NCBI GenBank assembly: GCA_963675295.2
Contig: CAXXKJ010000002.1
Location: 448,001-512,000, forward strand
Source: a bacterium
Lineage (GTDB): Bacteria; Electryoneota; Electryoneia; Electryoneales; Electryoneaceae
Reading direction: 5' to 3'
DNA: 64,000 bases
Under the pieces are notes generated by a model. That model was given only the letters and a program-made list of their open reading frames with translations. It did not search any database and had not been told where the DNA came from. The first letter of the stretch is position 1. Each line of letters opens with the position of its first letter. Below, piece after piece: positions 50,601 to 59,083 of the stretch. The position numbers and the translations under genes were made by a program.

Positions 50601-51182
50601 CTGGCGCATCACGTCTTCGCTGAGCGGCTCAATTTTCTGGACTTCGTGCGAGGTGCGGAAGCCGTCGAAGAAGTGCACGAACGGGACGCGTGCCTTGAGC
50701 GACGCGGCCTGGGAGATCAGCGCCATGTCCATGACTTCCTGCACGCTGTTCGATCCGAGCAGCGCCCAGCCGGTGGAGCGGACGGCGTTGATGTCGCTGT
50801 GGTCGCCGAAGATGGACAGGGCGTGCGTCGCGACGGTTCGCGCGGAGACGTGGAAGACGGTGCTGGTCAGTTCGCCGGCGATCTTGAACATCGTCGGGAT
50901 CATCAGCAGCAAGCCCTGAGAAGCGGTGAAGGTGGTTGTCAGCGACCCGGTCTGCAGGGCGCCGTGCACCGCGGCGGATGCGCCACCCTCAGACTGCATT
51001 TCCTGGACGCGGGTGATCGAACCCCAGAGGTTTTTAATGCCTTTTGCCATCCACTCGTCGGCCCACTCGCCCATGTTGGAGGACGGTGTGATCGGATAGA
51101 TCGCAGCGATCTCGTTGGTTCGATAGGCAACGTATGCGGCGGCTTCGTTGCCGTCGATGGTAACGTACCGTTTGTCGGCCAT
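47616..51182 (-). CDS. nifJ: Pyruvate:ferredoxin (flavodoxin) oxidoreductase
   Basis: IYPITPSS, FFDGFRTSHE, CIQCGKC, DCTGC..C...CP, GGDGWAYDIG, YSNTGGQ; about 1190 aa. Confidence 0.97.
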   Translation of the reverse strand: MADKRYVTIDGNEAAAYVAYRTNEIAAIYPITPSSNMGEWADEWMAKGIKNLWGSITRVQEMQSEGGASAAVHGALQTGSLTTTFTASQGLLLMIPTMFKIAGELTSTVFHVSARTVATHALSIFGDHSDINAVRSTGWALLGSNSVQEVMDMALISQAASLKARVPFVHFFDGFRTSHEVQKIEPLSEDVMRQMITDDLVIAHRERALNPDKPVLRGSSQNPDVFFQARESANKYYTAVPGIVQETMDEFTKLVGRKYSLVEYFGPEDAEKVVVLMGSAVQTAIETVEYLQAQGEKVGVLNVRLYRPFPVEAFLKALPDTVQKIAVLDRTKEPGAGGEPLYMDVVHAIDAGYREEITTLKQRPVIVGGRYGLSSKEFTPAMVKGVFDNLAAAKPRTNFTIGIKDDVTNLSLDYDPGFSVEADDVFRGKFYGLGADGTVGANKNSIKIIGEGTENFAQGYFVYDSKKSGAITTSHLRFGPRPIKSIYLINDPQFIACHQQVFLEKYEMLADAQEGATFLLNCQWGPDEVWDHLPKPVQEQLVNKKMKFYVTDAYKVAKDVGMGQRINTIMQTCFFYISGILPPAEAIQAIKDAAKKTYGKKGEQIVQMNYKAIDASVANLHEVKVPDKVTSTLDRAPVVPDYAPDYVKDVLGVMIAQKGDDLPVSAMPIDGTFPTGTTQYEKRNIALEIPEWDEDICIQCGKCVLICPHSAIRAKVYDAAKLADAPNGFKSCDYKGKEYGEGMKYTIQVAAEDCTGCMWCAEYCPAADKKSGKKALEMIPQLPVRDQERKNYDFFLNDLPMPDRTVTKRNVKGIQFLEPLFEYSGACSGCGETPYVKLLTQLFGDRAVIANATGCSSIYGGNLPTTPYTTNKDGRGPAWNNSLFEDCAEFGLGFRLTIDKQAETARDMMMALKDTIGADLVNEIISADQSEEEGIFAQRDRVAKLKEKLAGNTDSRARNLVSLADSLVKKSVWSVGGDGWAYDIGYGGLDHVLASGRNINILVLDTGVYSNTGGQCSKATPLGAVAKFAMSGKNLARKDLGMMGMAYGNVYVAQVAIGANDAQTVKAFQEAEAWDGPSIIIAYSTCIAHGIAMEKGHDHMKMAVDTGSWILYRYNPALTSEGKNPLQLDSRKVKQPVSEYMDAETRFRMLKKADPQAAELYATMAQASNEAKMRYYNQLAKLDFSDEK

Positions 51183-51516
51183 GCTATCTCCTCTACCTGT
51201 CGAATTGCGGTGCAAGCTTGTGGCCCTGTGTGACGGTGCTGAATGCTCCGTTCACATTATCTCGCTATTCGAATAGCGGGAAAAGGTTGGATCGGGGCCG
51301 GACGCAGACGCCGCGTGCGTTTTTGCAAGGTTGGCGGCAAGGATGCCTGTGAAGAATATCGCAAAGATCTGTTGGTTCTGCAATAACCCCACTGTGTTAG
51401 CCACTTCTAATCCTTGAAGTCGTGTGCTATCAACGGCTTCGGGGGGATTTGGGAGTCGATTTTCACGTGCGCGAACTTCCCCCGGCCCCCCGGAATCGTG
51501 GTCGAAACCGGGTGTT

Positions 51517-51534
51517 TTGTGAAGAAGTTCACAG
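51517..51534. promoter_or_regulatory. Putative Rex (NADH/NAD+ sensor) operator
   Basis: TTGTGAAgaagTTCACAG versus consensus TTGTGAA-N4-TTCACAA; weaker copy at 51347-51364; upstream of PFOR. Confidence 0.6.
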
Positions 51535-51665
51535 AATGTGGAGTCAAGTTATCGTTTTCCTCCCAGTCCGGCAAAGATGCGGGTTTAGAACAGTGGGAAC
51601 AAGAGCTCGGAGTCGGAAAATGGCGGTTCGCGACGGGTTGGATGGGGATCGCCCAAGCCAGGACA

Positions 51666-51760
51666 CCCGACGTGCGAACGGCGGCAAGTCGGGCCACACT
51701 TGTCACCAGCATCGAGTCAGCGTCAGCAAGTTTTTTGACACGGGCACTTCATTGGCACCC
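51666..51760. repeat. Two REP-like elements also present at about 55361-55470
   Basis: CCCGAC..GCAAGTCGGGCCA and GCGTCAGCAAGTTTTTT(G/A)ACACGGGCACTTCATTGG occur at both sites, in swapped order. Confidence 0.75.
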
Positions 51761-51925
51761 GGGATGGCAAAGAACACCGGGTCGAGGAATACCACCGGGT
51801 CGGGTGTCTCGGGAGGGGTGGAACAGTCGGTATTTGTTTCCGGATTTGATTGAAACGGAAACATTTCTACCGTAAACTCCCTGTGTCACAATTACGATCA
51901 TTGTTCTGAAACCTTGGGAGTGAGT

Positions 51926-53389
51926 ATGAAGACAGTCATCCGTTTATCCCTCATCGTTTGCTTGTTTCTTGTCCCGCAAGTCGTTTCAATCGCCCAGCCA
52001 TCACCCCGGCCGGTCGAGCCGCTCTGGTTTACGGTGAACCGTCACTTCACTACGTGGCCCGCAGATTATGTCAGTCATATTCTGCTGCATAGCGGCACGG
52101 GCAACACGTTCTTCTGTGCTGGAAGGTCTGAATATCCAGGCGTTTATGACACCCACGGTGCGATGGTCGCTACGTTTGACCGGACGGGAACTTTGATCGG
52201 CAGTACGTTGGCATTCGCCGGTGAACAGGGTGAAGAATTCACTGGCATGGTCGAAATGGCGGATGGAAGCATCTCGACATCAGGCACTGTATACGATTAC
52301 GACGATTGGGAAGAAGCCCGCGTGGACAATTTCAGCCTCGACCTGACACACAACTGGAGTTATCGCAGGTGGACGACGACGGACTATGTCTATCGTGCCG
52401 GAAGCGTTGCGATTGTGCCGGACAGCGGCCCCGAGACGTTGTTTGTGCCGATCATTCGCCAGCTACGTGGCACGGCTTTCAACGATATTCAGGCTCATCT
52501 CCTGGACAGCGGTGGCAACCTTCAGCAGACGATCGAGCTCGATTTTCCGGAAACAGACCGTAACAAGCCCATACCTACGACCAGCGGACCACCGGAGTCC
52601 GGTTCGGTGTATGTTGGTCATAAAAACCACGTCATGTATGTGCATGTTGACCCGTACATTCTCAATTGGACAACCGAGGTAAGTTCCAATATTGTCTCAA
52701 TGACATCCACGCACGATAGCGGTATCATTGTGGCTGGATTCCACACCCAGATAATTCAGAGCTATGTTACGAAACTGTCGGCGGCTGGTGTTGAGGAATG
52801 GACGCTGTGGTTGGATCAAGATATTGTCCATGATGTTATTGAAATGGAAAGTGGGCAGTTGATCGTCGTTGCCATCGATAATAGCGTCGGTGAGCCGGAT
52901 CAGGACCAGATCGTGCTGTATGGGATCTCATCGACAGGCGAACGGGCGTGGACATGGCGTAACCGATATCGCACTAATGGAACCTGTCTGACGGTGACCG
53001 GAGATCGAACTTTTGTCATGGGCGGGTATTATGCGAACGAGGAAACGCGTTCGCTGCTGGCAGAATTCATGCTTCCTGATGAAACGCATTTCACCGACCC
53101 GGGGGATCTGCGAATCCGGCCGATGATTACGCTTCATGACGCGTTCCCGAACCCGTTCAACGCGGCGACGACAGTGGCGCTGACGTTGCCGGAGACGGCG
53201 AACGTGACAGCGGTGGTGTATGATCTGCTCGGCCGTCCGGTGCGGACGTTGGCGCAGAATCAGCAATTCAGCGCCGGCGAACACCGATTCGCAGTGGATG
53301 GGACGGGGTTGGCGTCCGGGACGTACATCCTGTCACTGGATGCCGGCGCGGCGGGGGTGAGTTCGAGACGGATTACGCTGGTGAAGTAG
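51926..53389 (+). CDS. Secreted beta-propeller protein with T9SS CTD
   Basis: Signal peptide, AFPNPFNA...LASGTYIL...RITLVK. Confidence 0.82.
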   Translation: MKTVIRLSLIVCLFLVPQVVSIAQPSPRPVEPLWFTVNRHFTTWPADYVSHILLHSGTGNTFFCAGRSEYPGVYDTHGAMVATFDRTGTLIGSTLAFAGEQGEEFTGMVEMADGSISTSGTVYDYDDWEEARVDNFSLDLTHNWSYRRWTTTDYVYRAGSVAIVPDSGPETLFVPIIRQLRGTAFNDIQAHLLDSGGNLQQTIELDFPETDRNKPIPTTSGPPESGSVYVGHKNHVMYVHVDPYILNWTTEVSSNIVSMTSTHDSGIIVAGFHTQIIQSYVTKLSAAGVEEWTLWLDQDIVHDVIEMESGQLIVVAIDNSVGEPDQDQIVLYGISSTGERAWTWRNRYRTNGTCLTVTGDRTFVMGGYYANEETRSLLAEFMLPDETHFTDPGDLRIRPMITLHDAFPNPFNAATTVALTLPETANVTAVVYDLLGRPVRTLAQNQQFSAGEHRFAVDGTGLASGTYILSLDAGAAGVSSRRITLVK

Positions 53390-53425
53390 GTGGACGATCT
53401 GTACCAGGCTGAAGACACAATTGCC

Positions 53426-53875
53426 CCGGGCAGCCAACCCGGGGCATCGTTGTTTAAATCGTACGGCGAATCGAATCAGGCACTACTTGTTGACTATTCC
53501 CCCGACAGCTTCTCGAAATCGAAGTGATCCCGCACCTGCACCTGCACCGGCGGATTGGTGACAGTGATGATACCCCAGTAGCGATAGTCACCCGGCGGCG
53601 CTATCGCTGGAACCTGCACGGGAAGCGTATTGAATTGCAACGTCGCGCCGGCATTGAGCTGCAGCCCGTTCCGCAGGTAATCCTGCACGGTATTTCCATT
53701 TGGCAGCACGGCTTCGGTCTGTCCGCGAACGACGAGGTTGTAGGGACTGTTGTTGGTCAGGGTGACGGCGAATGTGAACGTGCCGCCGCCTGGCGGAACG
53801 GTTGGATACGCCGGGTTGGGTGTCATCGTGAACTCCAGCGGCATGCTGGTGTTTTCGACGATGATCAGGCTGTCA
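53426..53875. repeat. 450-bp near-identical direct repeat, copy 1
   Basis: Matches 55489-55938 (offset 2063) apart from a handful of substitutions. Confidence 0.95.
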
Positions 53876-54978
53876 CCGACGACGGCGAGGTCGATGTCGT
53901 GATCGAAGTCAAGGTCACCGCAGGCGACAGCTGCATACTCTGGATCCTCGAGTGCAACGAAAGCATAGGAATCGGGATAATCGCTAAAGTCTCCAGACCC
54001 ATCGTTGTGTACGATGCTTAGCCGTCCCAGCTGTAAGTAATCGTCCGCGGGCACAACACAGACATCGGTGTGACCATCCATGTTGAAATCACCTGCAATG
54101 GCGTCGACGATCTTGTACTCCCATACATCCACGTGCGAAATCGGCTGAAAAGTACCGTCGCCGTTGTTCAATGAGGTGAAGGCGCCATTCAACCCGAAAT
54201 TCGTACCGTAGCTTGAGAACAGCAGATCCGGATACGTATCTCCATTGAAATCAGCCGTGCGCATCCGTTGCGGGTAGTCGTTCCAGATAGAGCCCAGGAG
54301 GACTGGGGTGTCGAAGGTGCCGTCGCCGTTGTTCAGCATGAACATGACGTTAGTCTGCGATGAGAAGGCGAGGTCGAAATCACCATCATGATCGAAGTCA
54401 TCTGTGGTAATGGTTTCGATGTTGTGTTCGTCTACGATCACGACACCGTCCTGGAACGTTCCATCTCCGTTGCCGAGAAACAGGTCAATGGTTGCGGCGA
54501 ACAACGTGGAGGCGACGGCGAGGTCGGGGTTGCCGTCCCCGTCGAAATCCGCGCAGGCCATGGAAAAGGGATGGGCATAAAACGGAAGGTTCACGGCAGG
54601 GCCGAACGAGCCATCCCCGTTGTTGAAGAAGAGTTTGACGTTCTCCCCCAACCCGCCGAGCATGATATCGATGTCCTGATCCCCTTCCAGGTCGGCCGCG
54701 AAGATGTTCTCGATGTACACCATGTCACTCTCGCCGACCCAGAGCAGGCTGAAGTTGCCATCCCCGTCACCGGCGTAGACGTGCACGGCTTCCACGTGAT
54801 CCCATCGATCTCCTGTGGCGATGTCGAGGAAACCGTCCCCGTTGAAGTCCGCGGTGGTGATGCAATAGGGCTCTGGTCCCACAGGATAGCGATCACGAAC
54901 TTCGAGGTATTGTGCTGGAGCCAGCCTGGCAAACTGGAGAATAAAGAGGATAGACAGGACGAATTTAGTCGCAGGCAT
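53494..54978 (-). CDS. FG-GAP/VCBS propeller + terminal Ig-like module, no T9SS CTD
   Basis: ADFNGDG..D...GNGDGTF repeats; signal peptide; SD GGGAGGG. Confidence 0.85.
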   Translation of the reverse strand: MPATKFVLSILFILQFARLAPAQYLEVRDRYPVGPEPYCITTADFNGDGFLDIATGDRWDHVEAVHVYAGDGDGNFSLLWVGESDMVYIENIFAADLEGDQDIDIMLGGLGENVKLFFNNGDGSFGPAVNLPFYAHPFSMACADFDGDGNPDLAVASTLFAATIDLFLGNGDGTFQDGVVIVDEHNIETITTDDFDHDGDFDLAFSSQTNVMFMLNNGDGTFDTPVLLGSIWNDYPQRMRTADFNGDTYPDLLFSSYGTNFGLNGAFTSLNNGDGTFQPISHVDVWEYKIVDAIAGDFNMDGHTDVCVVPADDYLQLGRLSIVHNDGSGDFSDYPDSYAFVALEDPEYAAVACGDLDFDHDIDLAVVGDSLIIVENTSMPLEFTMTPNPAYPTVPPGGGTFTFAVTLTNNSPYNLVVRGQTEAVLPNGNTVQDYLRNGLQLNAGATLQFNTLPVQVPAIAPPGDYRYWGIITVTNPPVQVQVRDHFDFEKLSGE

Positions 54979-55488
54979 AGATCTCACCCTCCCGGCTTGA
55001 AAAATCATCCGAGTTTAAGGGGGCTCTCAGACCAGCGTAACCCGTCAATAGGTGAAAAGATAGGACAGAATAAAAAGCACTGCAAAACAAGAGTTAAATA
55101 GAATGAAGAATAAGTCTCCATTTAGAGAACAATCGCTGAGACCTGGCCCCGAAATTCATGAATGAGCGGGAGGGCAAAGGAATCGCTTACAGGGCTCAAC
55201 AAAGATTCCGGTCGTGTCGGATCTGAAACCCAAGAGTCTCCGGATGGGGCTGTCCGGTTTCCAGCCGCAGCCTAGAGCATTCAGCCCACAATCAGTCGCC
55301 CTGATACCTGACTTGGACAACAACACCGAATCAAACCACGCAATCCGCATGTAACTGTTCCGCGTCAGCAAGTTTTTTAACACGGGCACTTCATTGGGTA
55401 GCGCACAGCCTACAGCGGAGAGCCGGTGGCAATGACACCCGGCTTGCGAAGGGCGGCAAGTCGGGCCATGCCGACCAAAGAGATCGCA

Positions 55489-55938
55489 CCGGGCAGCCAA
55501 CCCGGGGCATCGTTGTTTAAATCGTACGGCGAATCGAATCAGGCACTACTTGTTGACTATTCCCCCGACAGCTTCTCGAAATCGAAGTGATCCCGCACCT
55601 GCACCTGCACCGGCGGATTGGTGACAGTGATGATACCCCAGTAGCGATAGTCACCAGGCGGCGCTATCGCTGGAACCTGCACGGGAAGCGTATTGAATTG
55701 CAACGTCGCGCCGGCATTGAGCTGCAGCCCGTTCCGCAGGTAATCCTGCACGGTATTTCCATTTGGCAGCACGGCTTCGGTCTGTCCGCGAACGACGAGG
55801 TTGTACGAGCTGTTATTGGTCAGGGTGACGGCGAATGTGAACGTTCCGCCGCCTGGCGGAACGGTTGGATACGCCGGGTTGGGTGTCATCGTGAACTCCA
55901 GCGGCATGCTGGTGTTTTCGACGATGATCAGGCTGTCA
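55489..55938. repeat. 450-bp near-identical direct repeat, copy 2
   Basis: Matches 53426-53875. Confidence 0.95.
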
Positions 55939-57020
55939 GAGGTGAATGCAATGTCGAGGTCCCCATCGAAGTCGAAATCGCCGCTGGCCAGGGCAGAGGG
56001 ACGCCCATGTGCAGTCCGCACCATATCACCCCACTCGGAGAAATCACCTTCACCGCTGTTTTTCATGACAAACGCATAGCCACCAGTCAGATACGCACTA
56101 GCCTCAATTACGCAGATATCGAGATCGCCGTCCATGTCGAAATCGCCGGGGATCGCATCTACACAGTACGGAAAACCGGTTAGTATATCGACTGGGGATT
56201 GAAATGTACCGTCGCCATTATTGAGCACAACCCATGGGCGGCCTTCCAGGTCGACTGAGGGAAAGGTGAACAACAGGTCTGGAGCACCATCGTTAGTGAA
56301 GTCGGCGGTCCTTATCCGGTGCATATCCCATCGGTTCATCGTACCGATCATCACTGCTGGTGCGAAGGATCCGTCACCATTGCCAAGCATGGTCTTGATG
56401 TCAGACTGACTTGAAAACGCGAGGTCGAAATCGCCGTCTCCGTCGAGATCGTCCGTGGTTACCATATTTACACGGGTTTCGTCGTAGACCTGTACAGGAT
56501 CCTGGAAGCTGCCATCGCCGTTGCCGGCGTAGTAGTTGATAAAACCAGTAAGACGCCCACTCGCGACAACCAGGTCCAGGTTTCCGTCGTTGTTTAAATC
56601 CGCTGTGCATGCCGACTCTGGCTGGAACATGCTATACACGACGGGAGCAGAGAATGTCCCATCTCCATTGTTGAACAGCAGCCGGAATTCGTCAGTATGG
56701 CTGCACAACACCAAGTCCATATCCTGATCTGCATCCAGGTCCCAGCTGTACATGTTTGTCAGTGCTCCCTGTCCACCGTCTGTCACATTCAGAAGGTCGA
56801 AATTCCCGTGACCGTCCGCTGAAAAGACGTAGATGTCAGTAGTTTGATCGTCTCCAACGGCCAGATCCATGAAGCCATCGCCGTCAAAATCAGCAGAAGC
56901 AATAGCGATCGGACTCGGTCCAACCCCAAGTTGCTGGTGAATCTGCAGGTAATCCGCGGCGGCAGTGCAGGTGATCGTGAGAATGGCAAGGAGTGACAAG
57001 ACGGCTCGGTTCGGACTCAT
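55557..57020 (-). CDS. FG-GAP/VCBS propeller + terminal Ig-like module, no T9SS CTD (paralog of the 53494 gene)
   Basis: Same repeat layout; C-terminal ~125 aa identical except one residue. Confidence 0.85.
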   Translation of the reverse strand: MSPNRAVLSLLAILTITCTAAADYLQIHQQLGVGPSPIAIASADFDGDGFMDLAVGDDQTTDIYVFSADGHGNFDLLNVTDGGQGALTNMYSWDLDADQDMDLVLCSHTDEFRLLFNNGDGTFSAPVVYSMFQPESACTADLNNDGNLDLVVASGRLTGFINYYAGNGDGSFQDPVQVYDETRVNMVTTDDLDGDGDFDLAFSSQSDIKTMLGNGDGSFAPAVMIGTMNRWDMHRIRTADFTNDGAPDLLFTFPSVDLEGRPWVVLNNGDGTFQSPVDILTGFPYCVDAIPGDFDMDGDLDICVIEASAYLTGGYAFVMKNSGEGDFSEWGDMVRTAHGRPSALASGDFDFDGDLDIAFTSDSLIIVENTSMPLEFTMTPNPAYPTVPPGGGTFTFAVTLTNNSSYNLVVRGQTEAVLPNGNTVQDYLRNGLQLNAGATLQFNTLPVQVPAIAPPGDYRYWGIITVTNPPVQVQVRDHFDFEKLSGE

Positions 57021-57323
57021 GATTCCCCCACGAAAGCCCAGTGAATCGCAATAAACGAATCGGAATACGTCGCAATTCGCAATGCTGGCTATAAATACAC
57101 AGAAATTGGAACAGAAACAAAGGGTATTCTGAAATAATCCAAAAAATCATAGAGGCGGGCTATTCGCGGGGGATGGTAGCGACGCAGGCGAGAGGTATAC
57201 CGGGAATACCTGATACTCGCGGGAGCTGATTGCCCGCATCGGCAGCACCAACACGGGCAAGAACTACGAGATTTCTTCGAATCTCAAATCTGAAACGCCA
57301 CAGTCTATAGTCCTCAACCGACT

Positions 57324-58667
57324 TTACGTCCCGAAATCGGGCGTGGCTTCAGCAACTTCGAACGTGAAGTCGGTCGGGTCGCCGAACCATTCGTAGATGG
57401 CGAAGAAGTAGGCACCCGGCGAATAGAACGCACGGTGGCGGACATTCATGTCGAGATCGGAATCGTCGATCTCCTCGTGCATCACGAGTTCGTCCGGTCC
57501 GTAAATCGCGAGCACCGGATCACCGCTCTGGGAGAGCAATTCGATGGTGTAGTCGCCAGCGGATTCAATCTCGAGCTTGTACCACATCGCGGTGCCATCC
57601 TCGGGGAATTCGCCGGTGATGTGCTGGCCGAGGGTCATCGCGGGCATGTCAGCCGGACGAGGCGGGTTGGCGAGCGCGAGGTTGACGTCGGTGACCTGGC
57701 CGGAGCCCATCCGTTCGAGCGAATGGACCACACTTCCGCCCCGTTCCGTCAACGTTGCCATCGCGAAGCGTTCGCCCGGGTAATCGATCAGACCTTCGTG
57801 CTTGAGGAAGTCCATGTACTGCCGGTAGACCGGGTCGGCGCCGTATTCGTCGAACAGGTTTGCGGCGGCGTCGGGCCCCTGGGCGACTTCGTGCAGCAGC
57901 AGGTCCATGCCTTGCGCCATGATGATCTGCGAGAGCACGGAATCGGTGAGATGGCCTTCGATCTTGGACGATTGGCCGTTTCCGGTGCGGGTCAGGGTGC
58001 GCTCGATGGCGCCGGAGACGGTTCCGGCGGATTGCACATCACCGCTGCGGCGGTTGACAAGTTCGGCAAAGCTGCGCGGGTCGTACTGCGATCCTTTCAG
58101 GATGTGCAGGATCGAGGTCAGGTACCCGGGCGAGGCGATCATCACGCCGATGATCAGCACGGCGATGATGGTGATGAAGGTGTTGCGCTGGTGGTAGGCC
58201 GCGAACACAATCGCCGACAGGCTGATCAGCATCGGCGGAATGGTGACGACCGGGGTCGGTGCGTTGAAGAACGGGTTGACCAGGTGCATCGTGAACGAAA
58301 TCATCGCGGTCAGCACACCCACACCAAATGAGATGACGAGCATGGTTTGCATCGCGATGAAACGGTCGCTGGCCCGTCGCCCGCCGGGGGCTCGCTCGCG
58401 CCGGTCGCTGCGTCGTTCGACGAATGTCCCGTTCGGCCCACCGGAAGACGGCATCGGGATGTCGGAATCGACGGTATAGGTGCCGTTCCGTTGTTCGCGG
58501 GGGTCGACATTGAGTTCGCTGTCCGGCTGATCGGTGGGGAGGGTTGCGTTTCGGAGTTCCCGCCGTCGCATGGTCTGTGTCCACACCATCACCGCCTGGG
58601 CGGTGGATTGCAGCCGTCTCAGCGAACGGGCCCCACGTTGCCGTGGGAGTCGCGGTTCCTGTTCCAT
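57324..58667 (-). CDS. Membrane protein with 3 TM helices and a C-terminal PPC-like domain
   Basis: Hydrophobic helices; WYKLEI...G.YTIEL....GDPVLAIY...DDS...PGAY; start uncertain. Confidence 0.65.
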   Translation of the reverse strand: MEQEPRLPRQRGARSLRRLQSTAQAVMVWTQTMRRRELRNATLPTDQPDSELNVDPREQRNGTYTVDSDIPMPSSGGPNGTFVERRSDRRERAPGGRRASDRFIAMQTMLVISFGVGVLTAMISFTMHLVNPFFNAPTPVVTIPPMLISLSAIVFAAYHQRNTFITIIAVLIIGVMIASPGYLTSILHILKGSQYDPRSFAELVNRRSGDVQSAGTVSGAIERTLTRTGNGQSSKIEGHLTDSVLSQIIMAQGMDLLLHEVAQGPDAAANLFDEYGADPVYRQYMDFLKHEGLIDYPGERFAMATLTERGGSVVHSLERMGSGQVTDVNLALANPPRPADMPAMTLGQHITGEFPEDGTAMWYKLEIESAGDYTIELLSQSGDPVLAIYGPDELVMHEEIDDSDLDMNVRHRAFYSPGAYFFAIYEWFGDPTDFTFEVAEATPDFGT

Positions 58668-58966
58668 GGTACACCTCGAAAAAGATAACTGCCTCGCCGA
58701 AAAGTAGGATATCCTAACATAGAGTACAAGAGAAACGCGGAAAGTGAGGATTATCACTCGGAGACGCAGTTTAGGAGTGTGTTCAAACGCGATCAAGGCG
58801 GTAGCTGTAGAAACGAAAGAATAGAAATATCCGTAATACACGAAAGAGCACGAATCTAGTTGGATAAGCTGGTACACGAACAAAATAGTGCCGTCACCGG
58901 TGTTGTTTCGCAGTGTGGGGCGGTGCTGGCTCAGGGCACTGGTCCCGGCTCAGAGTAGCGATCCAA

Positions 58967-59035
58967 TTTATAGGGGTCTGTCCCTGGTTTTCTTCAAGCC
59001 AGCTATGAAATATAATAGGGACAGACCCCTATAAA
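58967..59035. repeat. 19-bp perfect inverted repeat (GGGGTCTGTCCC-type REP doublet)
   Basis: TTTATAGGGGTCTGTCCCT ... AGGGACAGACCCCTATAAA. Confidence 0.8.
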
Positions 59036-59083
59036 ATGAACGACTCGGAAAACGGGATTTCGTAATCACGTTGGAATTCGTAG

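Noticed and set aside
47577-51233. 1218-aa plus-strand ORF
   Set aside because: Antisense shadow of nifJ caused by GC-rich codon bias; the same applies to 30580-32406, 13373-14587, 5988-7259 and many shorter ORFs
53426-55938. Diversity-generating retroelement TR/VR pair
   Set aside because: The differences between the copies are few, mostly synonymous and not adenine-specific; both copies are coding; no reverse transcriptase in the window
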